A stretch of DNA of 64,000 bases from Callorhinchus milii (Eukaryota). Shown here piece by piece: positions 63,838 through 64,000 of the stretch. Position numbers and translations under genes: made by a program. The notes beneath the pieces are model-generated. The model saw only the letters and a list, made by a program, of their open reading frames with translations, was not told the origin of the DNA and made no database searches. The stretch is from contig NW_024704743.1 of the NCBI RefSeq assembly GCF_018977255.1, positions 71,674,001 through 71,738,000 on the forward strand. The letters are read 5' to 3'. Positions within the stretch are counted from its first letter, which is position 1, and each line of letters begins with the position of its first letter.

Positions 63838-64000
63838 AACCAACAATAATAAATTACATTTGTATAGGGACTTTCACGTCAGGAGGACGACCCAAGGCTC
63901 TGGACAGTCAGGGTTTTCGATCCGAGCAAGGATTGGGATCAGGAGGGGTGGAGGGCAGGGAGGATAGGGGTAGGAGGATGATTGAATGTGCAGTCAAACA
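63838..64000 (-). mobile_element. L2 3' end, truncated by window edge
   Basis: AAATTACATTTGTATAGGGACTTTCACGTCAGGAGGACG. Confidence 0.88.

Overview
Eukaryotic, transposon-rich, apparently non-coding window (gene desert or very large intron). I found no host protein-coding exon that I can support. The repeat content (L2 LINEs with (TTG)n tails, Deu-domain SINEs, CR1 fragments, a Penelope-type palindrome) suggests a cartilaginous fish, plausibly a holocephalan such as the elephant shark; this is an inference, not a database result. Most long ORFs are L2 ORF2 fragments or their shadow frames. Main observations: (1) a young L2 subfamily whose copies share one C-terminal frameshift and, in the two long copies, the same 5' breakpoint, suggesting a non-autonomous 1.5-kb L2 derivative; (2) three generations of modular SINEs, the youngest carrying the young L2's 3' stem-loop; (3) a ~205-bp Penelope-type palindrome with hammerhead-ribozyme-like cores; (4) a ~460-bp inverted local duplication; (5) TE-free candidate conserved non-coding blocks, one containing a strand-specific G.U-rich hairpin. 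Coordinates of old, decayed repeats are approximate and were set by eye; many small fragments are not listed.
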